From Fonticula alba ATCC 38817 (Eukaryota > Protista > Nucleariida), in NCBI GenBank assembly GCA_000388065.2, contig KB932210.1: a DNA stretch of 62,757 nucleotides. One strand, 5' to 3'. The notes under the pieces are model-generated. The model was not told the origin of the DNA. It did no database searches and was given only the letters and a program-made list of their open reading frames with translations. Position numbers and translations under genes: made by a program. Below, piece after piece: positions 39,001 through 48,463 of this stretch (position 1 is its first letter; each line of letters starts with the position of its first letter).

Positions 39001-39897
39001 CGGGAAACAGGCAGCCGGAAGCACGCACCGCGAGGAATCCGCCTTGCTGTAGTAGTTCGGGTTCATGAAGAGACTGCTCGAGGCCGACAGGATGAAGTCG
39101 TACTTGAGCTTGTCCATGGCCAGCGAGGAGGAGGACGGGGGAACCGCCCCGACGCCCGGGGCCGCCTTCGGCCCGACACCCCCGGCCCCGGAGAAGGGCG
39201 ACGCGTCGCCGGCCGTCCGCAGGAGGGCCTGCTCGCCGGCCGAGAGCGGGCGCTCGGCAAACAGCCCGCCCACGGGCAGCAGCTCGGCCGGAGCAAAGCA
39301 GCCCTCACGGGTGACCGGCTCCTGGGCCTGCTCCAGCTGGAGCAGCAGATCGTCCCCGGCGTCCGGGGGCGAGGTGCGCTGCTGGCCAGGCTGCTGGTGC
39401 GCCAGCACCGGGGCACCGGCGGCGGGGCCCGACGCCGGCATGGTCGGGGTGACGCCCGGCCGCGCGGGCACACCCACGGTGGCCGCCGGCCGCGGGCTCA
39501 GCACGCTCGGCGATGCCGCCGCGCCACCGGGCCGGTCGCCGATGATCGACGATGACGACGACAGGACCGACGGGCTGGCCCGGCTGGAGGACAGCAGCGA
39601 GGACCCGGACAGCAGCGAAGACCCGGACAGCAGCGAAGACCCGGACAGCAGCGAGGACCCGGACAGCAGCGAGGACCCGGACAGCAGCGAAGAGCCGCCC
39701 GGCGCAGGGCCACCCTGAGTGGAGCCCGACAGCAGCGACGACGTCAGGGGGCTGACATTGGCCCCGGTCGACGACGGGCTCAGCAGCCGGTTGACCGTGG
39801 ACGCGTGGCCGGTGGTCGACGACGACGACAGGAGCGAGCTCCGGCCGGCGGTCGGCTGCCGGGTGCCATGAGCCGAGGAGGAAGACGAGAAGGACAT
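27078..39897 (-). CDS. TEP1: Telomerase/vault-associated protein 1 homologue (TROVE + DUF4062 + NACHT + WD40), about 4,072 aa; exons 39897-39029, 38749-32845, 32719-31832, 31634-27078
   Basis: TROVE start DPEFVLRLALYVRLELFVRSTANYLLA and LPFTALLRNL; DUF4062 WRTVRIFVSSTFADMAVERE...DLRWGV; Walker A GPSGSGKT; Walker B LVLVLDGLD; C-terminal WD-like repeats (TAGLDGRLFHW, TGVDGRSVFW, TAGSDGFVRVS). Three GT-AG introns keep the frame (12,219 nt total). Confidence 0.88.
31702..31797. repeat. 18-bp minisatellite (GCGAGCTGAGCAGACAAA), about 5 copies, inside TEP1 intron 3
   Basis: Tandem units visible within intron 31635-31831. Confidence 0.9.
38757..38835. repeat. (TG)n-rich microsatellite in TEP1 intron 1
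   Basis: GTGTGTGGATGTGT runs inside intron 38750-39028. Confidence 0.85.
39589..39692 (-). repeat. Coding 18-bp repeat, about 6 tandem copies, encoding SSLLSG in the TEP1 N-terminus
   Basis: GGACAGCAGCGA(G/A)GACCC units on the plus strand, with extra dispersed SSLLS copies upstream in the same exon. Confidence 0.9.
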
Positions 39898-40499
39898 GCT
39901 TGTGGTTGCCAGCAAAGGGGAGACAGGCCAAACGGGAGGGCGAGTGTCTCGGCTCGGTGGTGCTGCTCTTGCTCTCGGAAGCTCACGCGATCGGGGGTGC
40001 ACTTAGGGGGGGGCGGGAGGGGATGCGGCCCGGAAGGAGGGACAGCCCAAGCAGCGCTGACAAGGAGGGAGGGAGGGGAAGAGCGAGGCAAAGGCGGGGG
40101 TACACCCAGAGACAAGGGAAGAAGCAGGAAGGGAAGGAAGTAGGGTGGAGGGAAACTTGGCGGCCGCCTGCTCGGGCGTGGGCCCGGGCTCGTCCGGCAA
40201 AAAGGCCGCCACCGCCGAAGCGAACACCCCCGGGGCAGGGGCCTCGCCGGTCGGGCGCCGAAGACGGGGCCGGATCCCGCGGCCGGGGTGTCGCCCGCCG
40301 CCTCCCCGCTCGGGAGGGGCCCTGCCCGGGCGGCGGCCGGCGCGTGTCGATGGCCGCACCCACGCCCAATTCACACGGGCAGCCACACAGGCAGCCGGAC
40401 GTGTGCAAACACACACACACACACACACTGGCAAACCTAAACACGGGCGGGCTGTGTACACGGGCGGGCTCTGTGCGCGGACACACACGCCCACAAGTA

Positions 40500-40540
40500 C
40501 GCAAACACACAAGCACACACGCACACACGCACACACGCAC

Positions 40541-40587
<47 letters not shown>
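40500..40587. repeat. (CA)n-rich microsatellite upstream of TEP1
   Basis: ACACAC/GCAC run. Confidence 0.85.
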
Positions 40588-40588
<1 letters not shown>

Positions 40589-41356
40589 GCACATCGCCAG
40601 CCCCAGAGCGCCGGAGGGAAATGACTCCCACACATCCCCTCATCTGACCGGACGGGGGAGGGGGCCCAGACGCCGAATCCCCGGGCCCACCCCCCAGCCG
40701 GCGCCCGTTGCGTCACCCTTGCATCGGATTTCCCCCGGGGCCGCGCAATAACACGCGCACCGTGGCGAAAGCGCCGGCCGCGCCACAGGGGGAAGGCGCA
40801 CACCAGCCCGCCCTAGCCAGAGCAGGACGCCGGGGGCGGAGACAGGGCCCCCCCCCCCCCCCCCCCGACACTCATGAGCCGCCCCGACCCCCGCCGAAGG
40901 GTGGCGACCGTGTCCCCGCCCCCCGCGCCGGAGCCGGCGCACACCCCCGCACGGGCGCGCAGATGCGGGCCGATGCGTCGGCAGTTGGACGCCGCTCCAC
41001 CTCGGGAAAACAGAGCACCAACGGGGGGGGGGAAGATGCTCCCGCACCCGGCACGCGCATGCTCCCCAATGGCGAGGTCCCTGCCCCTGTGCGTGGACCG
41101 ACCGGAAGAGCCGCCTCGGCCAGCCACCAACATTAATATTGATGGGATCATAAAACAGCCACACACACACTCGCCGCCGAACCCGGCGTACATCGCCCCC
41201 TCCTCGTACCCCTGGCCCGGGAGGGAGCGCGCGCTCGCACCCCGATGTTCCCACCTTCCCGCTCGGGCGTGCCCCGGCCCCCCCCCCCCGCTGGGCCTGC
41301 CTGTCCGACGACGAACGCACCACCCCAGGGAGAAACGGCAAAAAAAAACAAATGTG

Positions 41357-41430
41357 TGACCACGATGCGGCTCGAACACACAACCTCCTGATCCGTAGTC
41401 AGGTGCTCTATCCAATTGAGCTACGCGGCC
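41357..41430 (-). tRNA. tRNA-Arg(ACG), copy 2
   Basis: Identical to copy 1 except for a compensatory 6:67 acceptor pair (C-G instead of T-A). Confidence 0.96.
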
Positions 41431-41505
41431 ATTTCTGCAGGGGTACCCTGCTCGGGGGGCTTTTGTTGCGCGGATTTTCTCGCCCCCGAGCGACGAAAAA
41501 GAATG

Positions 41506-41577
41506 CTCCCGATCCGGGAATTGAACCCGGGCCTCCCGCGTGACAGGCGGGGATTCTCACCACTATACTAATCGGGA
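41506..41577 (-). tRNA. tRNA-Asp(GTC)
   Basis: TCCCGAT...ATCGGGA-G; anticodon arm CCCGC-CTGTCAC-GCGGG. Confidence 0.96.
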
Positions 41578-41999
41578 CTCCGATGGATACCCACCCCACG
41601 GGTGTCCCTCTTGAATCGAGCGCCTTGCCCCGACGCCCCCCCCGAGCCGCCAATGTCCCCGCCACCGGCGCCCCCCAGCACGCTCTGCCCGCCGCGAGGG
41701 GGGTGCCAGCAGAGACGGCACCAGCGACCGCACACGGCCGTGCCGCGCAGAACGGGGCCCGGCCGGACAGCCGCCAGGAGGCCCAGGCCAGCAAAAGGGT
41801 CATCCCACGGGCCGGGCGGGGACACAGCGCCCCCCCTCCGGGGACCGCCTTCCCCGGCGAAGCGCCAGGCCGGTCTGCGCAGTGCACCGACAGCTGGCCC
41901 AGCCCCATGCCGAGCCGCGCGCGGGCAGCCGGGAAGCGGGATCCCAAAGACCCGCATTGAGGCGGAGGCGTTCCCGGTGGTGCCGCGAGGCAGCTTTGC

Positions 42000-42183
42000 T
42001 GTAACATACATCACATGATGTAGTTAAAGATTCGGGGGTATATAAGCTTCATCCTTCCAGTGTATTCCCCAGACTTTACGCCTCAGTCTGCGGATTCTTT
42101 CTTTTAATATACCAAATCCGCCTCTCTCAGCCCCAAGGTCTCTGAGATCACCCCCTCATCTTTCACTCGGCATAACCGGTTCA
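42000..42183 (+). mobile_element. Solo LTR, family A (184 bp), with 5-bp TSD TTTGC
   Basis: TGTAAC...GGTTCA; TTTGC at 41995-41999 and 42184-42188; TATATAA at 42039-42045; homologous to the LTR-like flanks of the element at about 49657-53525. Confidence 0.85.
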
Positions 42184-42261
42184 TTTGCGATGCCGGTCAC
42201 GCGGAATACACGGGCCCCATCGGCCCATGCCGGATCACGCGGCGACGAGAAGCGCCCGCTG

Positions 42262-45200
42262 GAAGAGTTGGCACCCAGGCTCTTAGCGAACTGCCCACGG
42301 TGCCCCGAGGAGCAATCCGGATTTCACTTTTTAAACATCCCCACCGTGTGAGAAACCTCCGCTGCTTGAACCATCGTCAAGCGGATTTCCGAATACAATA
42401 CATACACCTTCGAATCGCAGCCTCCCGGGTTGATAGACTGGCTGAGAGAAGATCTTGGTTCATTATCCGCTGACTCCAATCCCCCCCCCCCCGCACGCAC
42501 ACCCACCCTCACCTCCGTCACCATGACGGCCCAGGGCGCCCCATCCGCTCAGATCCTGCACCCAGACCCACTCATCCCGCGCATGGCCGAGCGCTTCTCC
42601 CTGCTAGGCCAATGGCACGCATTCACCTCCTTCCGCCCAGGCAACAGAGCCCTGGCCTTGGCAATCACCCTGTTCCGGGACATGCTGGACTTCGCCATCT
42701 CAGGCCAGTTCCCCAGCCTGAGCGCCATCTCCCACTTCCACATGCTCGTCGGCACTCTGCAGGATTTCCCCCCCGCACACTTGATCTTCGTACTCCTTCT
42801 CAGCGAAAATGCCTCTCGCTTTCCCCCCTATGCAACAACCCCACTGGTTCGACTGCATCGCAACATCAGCGAACAACTCATCTCCAACCAGGCCCGCGAC
42901 AGTCCTCTCCTCACGGGGCACTTTTTCACCCCGGACGAGCTCTCCCGGCAGACACACAGCGCAAACATCATCTACCCCTTCTATGACCCACAGGCGATCC
43001 AATACTCAGCCAACTCCAGCGTCATCTTGGCCCTGCGTCATGACGAGGCCTTCAGACGCGAAGTGGAGCGCACCGCCTCGCGAGCCGTGGAAGTCAACAG
43101 CATCATCGCGGCGGTTCCCGCGTCAAGGGGAGACTTCTTTGACAAGATCCCCATCTTCAGCACCGAACTCATCAACGGCCTTGCAGCGGCCCAGGCCCAC
43201 ACCCTGGACAAGGTCCTATCCGGCCTAAAAACCCAAATGGCCCACCTCTCGAAAGCCCACCGAGACACCCTCGAGCATGTCTACGCTCTTTACACCAATC
43301 CAGCGCCCCATCCTCCGCCATCCTCCTCAACACACTCCGCCGGCCTCATCGCGGCTCTCGCCGGCGTCGTTGCGCAAGATCGACTCAAGTCCCGGACCCA
43401 GTCGACAAGAACCACCACGGCTCCGGCCCCCATCCCCCACAGGCAAGATGCATCCTCCCCGGCGAATGGCAATATCACCACCGGCACAGCGCCCGCTCTC
43501 CAGCCGCCCGCCCCTGCCGAAGCCCACCAACCGGCCCCCCCCGCCCGATCATCGGCCCCGATCACCCTGGGCCCTCCTTCTCGCCCTCCCACATCCACCC
43601 AAGCCCCGACGTCGGGCCCGTTCATCGTGCAAAGCCCGCCCGCCCCACCCCCTCCCTTCCCACCCCCCTTCCAATATCCCCCCCACCCCCCCACCACCTC
43701 TTCCCACCTACAGCACCCCCCCCACTGGATTTTCTCCCCTCCCCCAACCCCCCACGACCACCAGCAACAAGATCCTCAGTCCAGCCATCCCAGCTACTAC
43801 GCACAGTATTCTCCATCAATCTTCCAAGGCTCCTTCCACCGACCCCACTGGAGCCCGGAACTCCACCGGCACAACATGGACACCCTCAGGCGATGCTGGA
43901 CGCCCAAGTGGGCCGAAGGGGTCCTTCCCGTCATACCATTCAAACTGGACGAAGAGCATCTGTCGAGGATCTTCGCCAACGGCTTCCCCCCGTCCTCCGG
44001 GCGCCCGGGCGCCACCCCCTCGATCTGCATCGGGGAGCCTCGCCTCGGGCAGCACTACAAGTCGATCGCTCTGGCCGTTCGCATTCGGGCGGCCATAGTC
44101 GTGTTCATGAGCACACCGATGTCGCTTAGCGCCTTCGAAGAGCTCTCCGGGCTCAAGTGGATCCAGTCACTGGTCCCCCCGATGGATCCCGTCGGTCTCA
44201 TCCCCCTCCTTTGTCCCCCCGACACCGACACTCTCTGGGCCTACATCGAATTCCTCCGCAGAGTCTGGATCACCCGGGAGGACATGCTGTTCTCCCTCCG
44301 GATCAGGGCCCTTGCCCTGACTCTCACCGAACTGGGGATTGCCCCTGACCCCGCTGAATTCTGGGCTGCCATGTCGCCCCACTGCCCGGCTCATCAACAA
44401 CCCAGCCTCCGCGCATTGCGCTCCTCCCACTTCACCTCCATCTTCGGCCCCGGCTTCATTCCTCCGCTTTCAGCTCCGAGCAACACCACGGATGTCACGG
44501 TCACCATACATCGCAGCGCCCAAATCGTCAGCTGGGACGGCATGACAGCCTTCGCGGGCTCCCACCACCCCATCCGTCCTCCCCCGCTTGCTGACGGCCA
44601 CGCCTCGCCGGAAGGCAACATCCACGCCCCCCCTCCGACCTCCCCCCTCTTTGGCAATGCCCCCAGGGCCCGGGGACGGCCATCCCCTCCGGATCGCCCG
44701 CGCCCCGGTCCCTTCTCGCTTCCGCCCAAGGACGAGGCCCCCTTCCGCCGCGCCTGCTCCGAGGCCGATGCCGAGCGAAACACCACCCTGGCATCGGGCC
44801 TTGGCTTCAGCATCCTCTCGGACAAAGACCTCACTGACCGCATCAAGGCCTGGCAAAACGAGGAGCCCCTTGCCCTTGCCGAGGGATTCAGCCGCTCGAA
44901 AGAGGGCCTGCTCCTGCGAGACAACCGAATCTGGATCCCCCAGGCTCATGTCCAGGCCCTCGCCCTTCTGCTACACGAACTGCCGGAGATCAATCACACC
45001 GGCTCGGCCTCGCTGACCGCCATCCTCATGCGTGGTTTCTCCGGCACGGGATTCGACAAGGCAGCCCGAAATGCCACCCAGCGCTGTCTCCTATGCCATC
45101 GCTTCAAGCCCAAGAGCTCCTCATTAGCCCCCGCCCCCTCCGGGCCAGCCGCCATCCCAACGAGGCCCTTTGAAGCATTGGCCGTCGACTTCTGCTCCAT

Positions 45201-46293
45201 CCGACTGCCCCACCATCCCACCAAATACAAGGTGCTGGTAATGGTGGACACCTTCTCCAGGTACATGATGGCCCACGTGGTGCCCGCCTCGACGACGGGA
45301 GCCATGGCCCTGTGTGCCTTCTTCCACTCCTTGCCTCCCGGTCACCCTCCCATCGCCACGGTCAACGCCGCCGACGAAAGCCCCTTCAACTGCGCCCGCT
45401 GGAAGGACGAGCTCATCAGCCGCAAGATCAGCCCCACCTACTCCGGCCCCCCTCATGACCACTCCAACGGCGCCGCAAAGCGCGCCGTAAGATCCCTCAA
45501 GCAGAGACTGGCCATTCTCAGCAACTCTCGCAAAGACCTCACCACCCTCAACAGCCTCCTCGAAGAGGCAACCTCCTCGCACAATGCATGCCCCAATTCA
45601 CTGGGCTTCTCCCCGAGAGAGCTGGTGTTCGGCTCGCATGCGGTCGCCTCCCTCAGCGCCATCCCCTCGATCCTTGGGCCCCACATTCCCCACGAGGAAG
45701 CCATCAAAACCGCCTACGACCGCTTGGTCAGCGAGCGGACGGCTCGCCGCCCATCCTCACTCGCAACCCCTGCGCCACAATCACCCATCAAACCCGGCGA
45801 CTATGTCCTGGTATCTCTCTTCCCGCGGCACTCGCCCAAGGCCCAACCGCTCGGCCTGGGCCCGAGATTTTCCCCTCCCACACTCGTCGAGAGCGTGGGC
45901 GCCAGCACCGTGAAACTGGCTGCCCCGGTCGAAGGTCGCAAGTCGCTCCACATTCCCCTTTCCGACATCAAACTCTACTCTCCACCCGCCGCTACCTCGT
46001 ACTCTTCCCCCCCATCCGCGGCGCGCCCGGATGCCACTTCTCCATCGGCACCCTCGAATCCGCCGGATCCGTTCCCCGCCTGGGGAGTGTAACGTGGCAT
46101 CATGTGCTCTGACGGGGCTGCCCACGGTGCCCCCGAGGGGCATTCCGAATCCCACACTATTTAAGCATCCGCCGTGAGCCGAGAAGCCCGCTGCTCGAAC
46201 CATCCTCCAGCGGCTTTCCGAATACAATACCCACACCTTCACCCTTGGCTCGGCATTCCCGGTTGGTACCGGTTGAGAGGGGCTCTCGGTTGA
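42262..46293 (+). mobile_element. Ty3/gypsy-derived element 1: diverged family-B LTRs (about 42262-42462 and 46088-46293) flanking one Gag-integrase ORF
   Basis: The two flanks align (CTGCCCACGGTGCCCCGAGG...TTTCCGAATACAATAC.CACACCTTC). Purine tract GGGGAG precedes TGTAAC at 46088. The 5' LTR ends GGTTCA at 42462; its left boundary is approximate. Confidence 0.8.
42523..46092 (+). CDS. About 1,189-aa Gag-like + integrase polyprotein lacking protease, RT and RNase H; integrase triad degenerate
   Basis: HHCC finger LHELPEINHTG...CLLC; core ALAVDF and MVDTFSRY; SNGAAKR where NGxAER is canonical; GPY/F-like tail LGPRFSPPTLVES. The stop TAA falls inside the 3' LTR TGTAAC. Confidence 0.85.
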   Translation: MTAQGAPSAQILHPDPLIPRMAERFSLLGQWHAFTSFRPGNRALALAITLFRDMLDFAISGQFPSLSAISHFHMLVGTLQDFPPAHLIFVLLLSENASRFPPYATTPLVRLHRNISEQLISNQARDSPLLTGHFFTPDELSRQTHSANIIYPFYDPQAIQYSANSSVILALRHDEAFRREVERTASRAVEVNSIIAAVPASRGDFFDKIPIFSTELINGLAAAQAHTLDKVLSGLKTQMAHLSKAHRDTLEHVYALYTNPAPHPPPSSSTHSAGLIAALAGVVAQDRLKSRTQSTRTTTAPAPIPHRQDASSPANGNITTGTAPALQPPAPAEAHQPAPPARSSAPITLGPPSRPPTSTQAPTSGPFIVQSPPAPPPPFPPPFQYPPHPPTTSSHLQHPPHWIFSPPPTPHDHQQQDPQSSHPSYYAQYSPSIFQGSFHRPHWSPELHRHNMDTLRRCWTPKWAEGVLPVIPFKLDEEHLSRIFANGFPPSSGRPGATPSICIGEPRLGQHYKSIALAVRIRAAIVVFMSTPMSLSAFEELSGLKWIQSLVPPMDPVGLIPLLCPPDTDTLWAYIEFLRRVWITREDMLFSLRIRALALTLTELGIAPDPAEFWAAMSPHCPAHQQPSLRALRSSHFTSIFGPGFIPPLSAPSNTTDVTVTIHRSAQIVSWDGMTAFAGSHHPIRPPPLADGHASPEGNIHAPPPTSPLFGNAPRARGRPSPPDRPRPGPFSLPPKDEAPFRRACSEADAERNTTLASGLGFSILSDKDLTDRIKAWQNEEPLALAEGFSRSKEGLLLRDNRIWIPQAHVQALALLLHELPEINHTGSASLTAILMRGFSGTGFDKAARNATQRCLLCHRFKPKSSSLAPAPSGPAAIPTRPFEALAVDFCSIRLPHHPTKYKVLVMVDTFSRYMMAHVVPASTTGAMALCAFFHSLPPGHPPIATVNAADESPFNCARWKDELISRKISPTYSGPPHDHSNGAAKRAVRSLKQRLAILSNSRKDLTTLNSLLEEATSSHNACPNSLGFSPRELVFGSHAVASLSAIPSILGPHIPHEEAIKTAYDRLVSERTARRPSSLATPAPQSPIKPGDYVLVSLFPRHSPKAQPLGLGPRFSPPTLVESVGASTVKLAAPVEGRKSLHIPLSDIKLYSPPAATSYSSPPSAARPDATSPSAPSNPPDPFPAWGV

Positions 46294-47176
46294 CCCATCC
46301 CCCGGGTCGCGCGGTAACGGGAGGCGCGCCCGCGGGAGGCGTTTCCCCACTGACACCCGCACGGTATCTCGGCGGGGCCGTGCGGGCGGGGCTGCCCCGC
46401 AGACGGCGCCGGCCTCTGGGCCCACGCAGATCCACGATATGAGCACAGGCACCAGCAGCGGCCTGTGGGAACCACCCGGGCACAGGCCAGCTCCGGGCAT
46501 GTGGGGCGGCCGCGCCTCGCAGGCAGCGCCCCCCGACCGAGCCGCCAGCATGCCGCTCGCGCGCCCTCGTCCCGCGGATATCCCGGCAGCAGGCTCTCCG
46601 CCTTCGGCCGTTTTCTCGACGGTCGCCGCTGCGACACCTCCACGCGGTCCACCGGGGAGGGGGGGGGGTGGGTCCCGGGTCGCGGGGATCCGCCCACGAG
46701 GACCGATCAGAGTCCTCCCCTAACGGGAGCATGGCCAGTCACCGCCGTCGCGGCTTGCGCAGCGCCCCCTTGGCCCCGGCATTGGGGCCTGCCCGGCACC
46801 GCGGCACTTTTGCGCCCCTTCCCCAGGGGCCGCGCGATCCGCTGGCTCGGCCGCGCCCCGGTGTCGCATGGGCCGGGACCGGATCTGGATGCGGCCCGAG
46901 CTGCCGACCGAGCCGGCTGGCCGTGAGCGGGCGACCCGGGCACCGGGCAAAGGGGCACCGTGCGGTGGGCCCGCCGTGCGGCCATGTCGGCCGGCCAGGC
47001 GGGGCCGGGGGGCGTGCCCACCGATGTGCCTGAATTTGTGAGGCAGGCAGGGGATGCCCGACGTCGGTGCGGTGCATGCGCGCCAAACCCGTGGCTCCTG
47101 CGCCGTGGATGCCGCCACGCGTTCCGTGCGGCAGCAGCACATTTATTCCAATTGTCCCAGGGTGCACCCATCGTCT

Positions 47177-47255
47177 GGTTGGATGGCCGAGTGGTTAAGG
47201 CGCTAGTTTCAGGTACTAGTGGGAAACCTCGTGGGTTCGAGTCCCACTCCAATCA
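47177..47255 (+). tRNA. tRNA-Leu(CAG), copy 1
   Basis: 79 nt; GGTTGGA...TCCAATC-A; anticodon arm CTAGT-TTCAGGT-ACTAG; short variable arm. Confidence 0.95.
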
Positions 47256-48284
47256 AAACATTATTTTTTGGCCCCAGGGCGCACGGACCGCAGCCCGGGG
47301 TCGGGCCAGGGAGATGGATCCACGACTCGAGCCTGGGGGGGAGGGGGGGCGCATGTCCCGCCAGCGGGTCCCGGCGCCGCCCCCCCGAGCGGCCGATAAA
47401 TCCCCCTTGGTCGGAGTGCCCCGACGGCTGGTTGGGCCACCCCGCCTGTCCGCCGGGTGCTGCGTCTCACGCTCGCGCCCGCCGTCGCGGGGAAACCCTG
47501 GCGCGCTCGCGAACCCTTAACCGACTCCGCGGTCTATGGAATCCCCTGGGAGTCTTCCGAATGTCATTTCAGGGGAGATAGTTCAGAGTCGTTAACCGAT
47601 TCCCTGGGTCCAACACCTGGCCAAGCCCCGTCAGTCTTGTTGCTTCCCTCCGGGGGGGAGGCGGCTTGTGGCGAGGTGCGTCTCTTGAGTCCCCCCCTCC
47701 CCCGGAACACGCCGCCGGGCATCTCGCCTCGCCCCGGTGCAGGAGGCGACGGTGTCCGGTGGCCGTCCGCCAGCATGCCGCCGGATGCGCCAGCAGGCCC
47801 CCGCACAGCCGGGATGATGTTCCCCCCTTCGGCGTGGCAGGGCCCCGACACGCCTCGCCCCCCCCCCCTGTTATGGGGTATTTCGCCTTGTCCCGGTCCG
47901 ATGACGCGGCGTCCAGCTCCATCGGCGTCCGGCCTGCAGGCAGCATCGGGATGCCCTTCGGTCCTCGCGTGTGCCCGCCCCGGTCGCCGGGCTTGTGTCG
48001 CTGTGCCCCCCCCGCCATGAGGCGGTCCGCCCTGCCACCGCCCACGCGTCCACATGCATGACCCAGCCTGGCCCCCTCTCCGGGCACGGCTCCAGGGCGC
48101 CCCGTTGCCGGGCGTCTGCCTTGTTTTCACAAGCACGGCGGGGCCGCAATTGATCGGACGCGCGCCCGACGGATCGGAGAAACGCGACCAAAAGCGACGG
48201 AGAGCCCCATAACCATAACCCTTCTTCGCCGGCAGCGCCGCCTGGCGCACGCGAAAGAGACGCCACGTCCGGCGCCAAAAAGGA

Positions 48285-48356
48285 AGGTCGAGCCGAGAAT
48301 CGAACTCGGATTGACAGATTCAGAGTCTGCCGTGATAACCATTACACCACTCAACC
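48285..48356 (-). tRNA. tRNA-Gln(CTG), copy 2
   Basis: Reverse complement identical to 26801-26872. Confidence 0.96.
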
Positions 48357-48385
48357 GGCGATGGTAAACCAGCGCCCGCCCAGTC

Positions 48386-48393
48386 TATTTATA
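48386..48393 (-). promoter_or_regulatory. TATA box (TATAAATA) at -37..-30 of tRNA-Gln copy 2
   Basis: TATTTATA on the plus strand, at the same offset as the tRNA-Ile TATA. Confidence 0.65.
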
Positions 48394-48463
48394 CTATCCA
48401 GCATTGGGCTGCCAACGGAGAACCCCCAACGGTATATGTGCCACCTCCAAACACCGGCCATGC

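Noticed and set aside
26916-39555. Very long plus-strand ORFs (1,983 aa and 2,346 aa)
   Set aside because: Antisense shadows of the GC-rich TEP1 exons; low-complexity R/P/G/H/Q translation with no domains.
31702-39692. 18-bp repeat arrays resembling CRISPR
   Set aside because: Head-to-tail units with no unique spacers, eukaryotic context and no cas genes; one is intronic and one encodes SSLLSG.
41357-41577. Dimeric Asp-Arg tRNA transcript like the yeast Arg-Asp pair
   Set aside because: The order is reversed, the spacer is 75 bp, and a T5 terminator follows tRNA-Asp.
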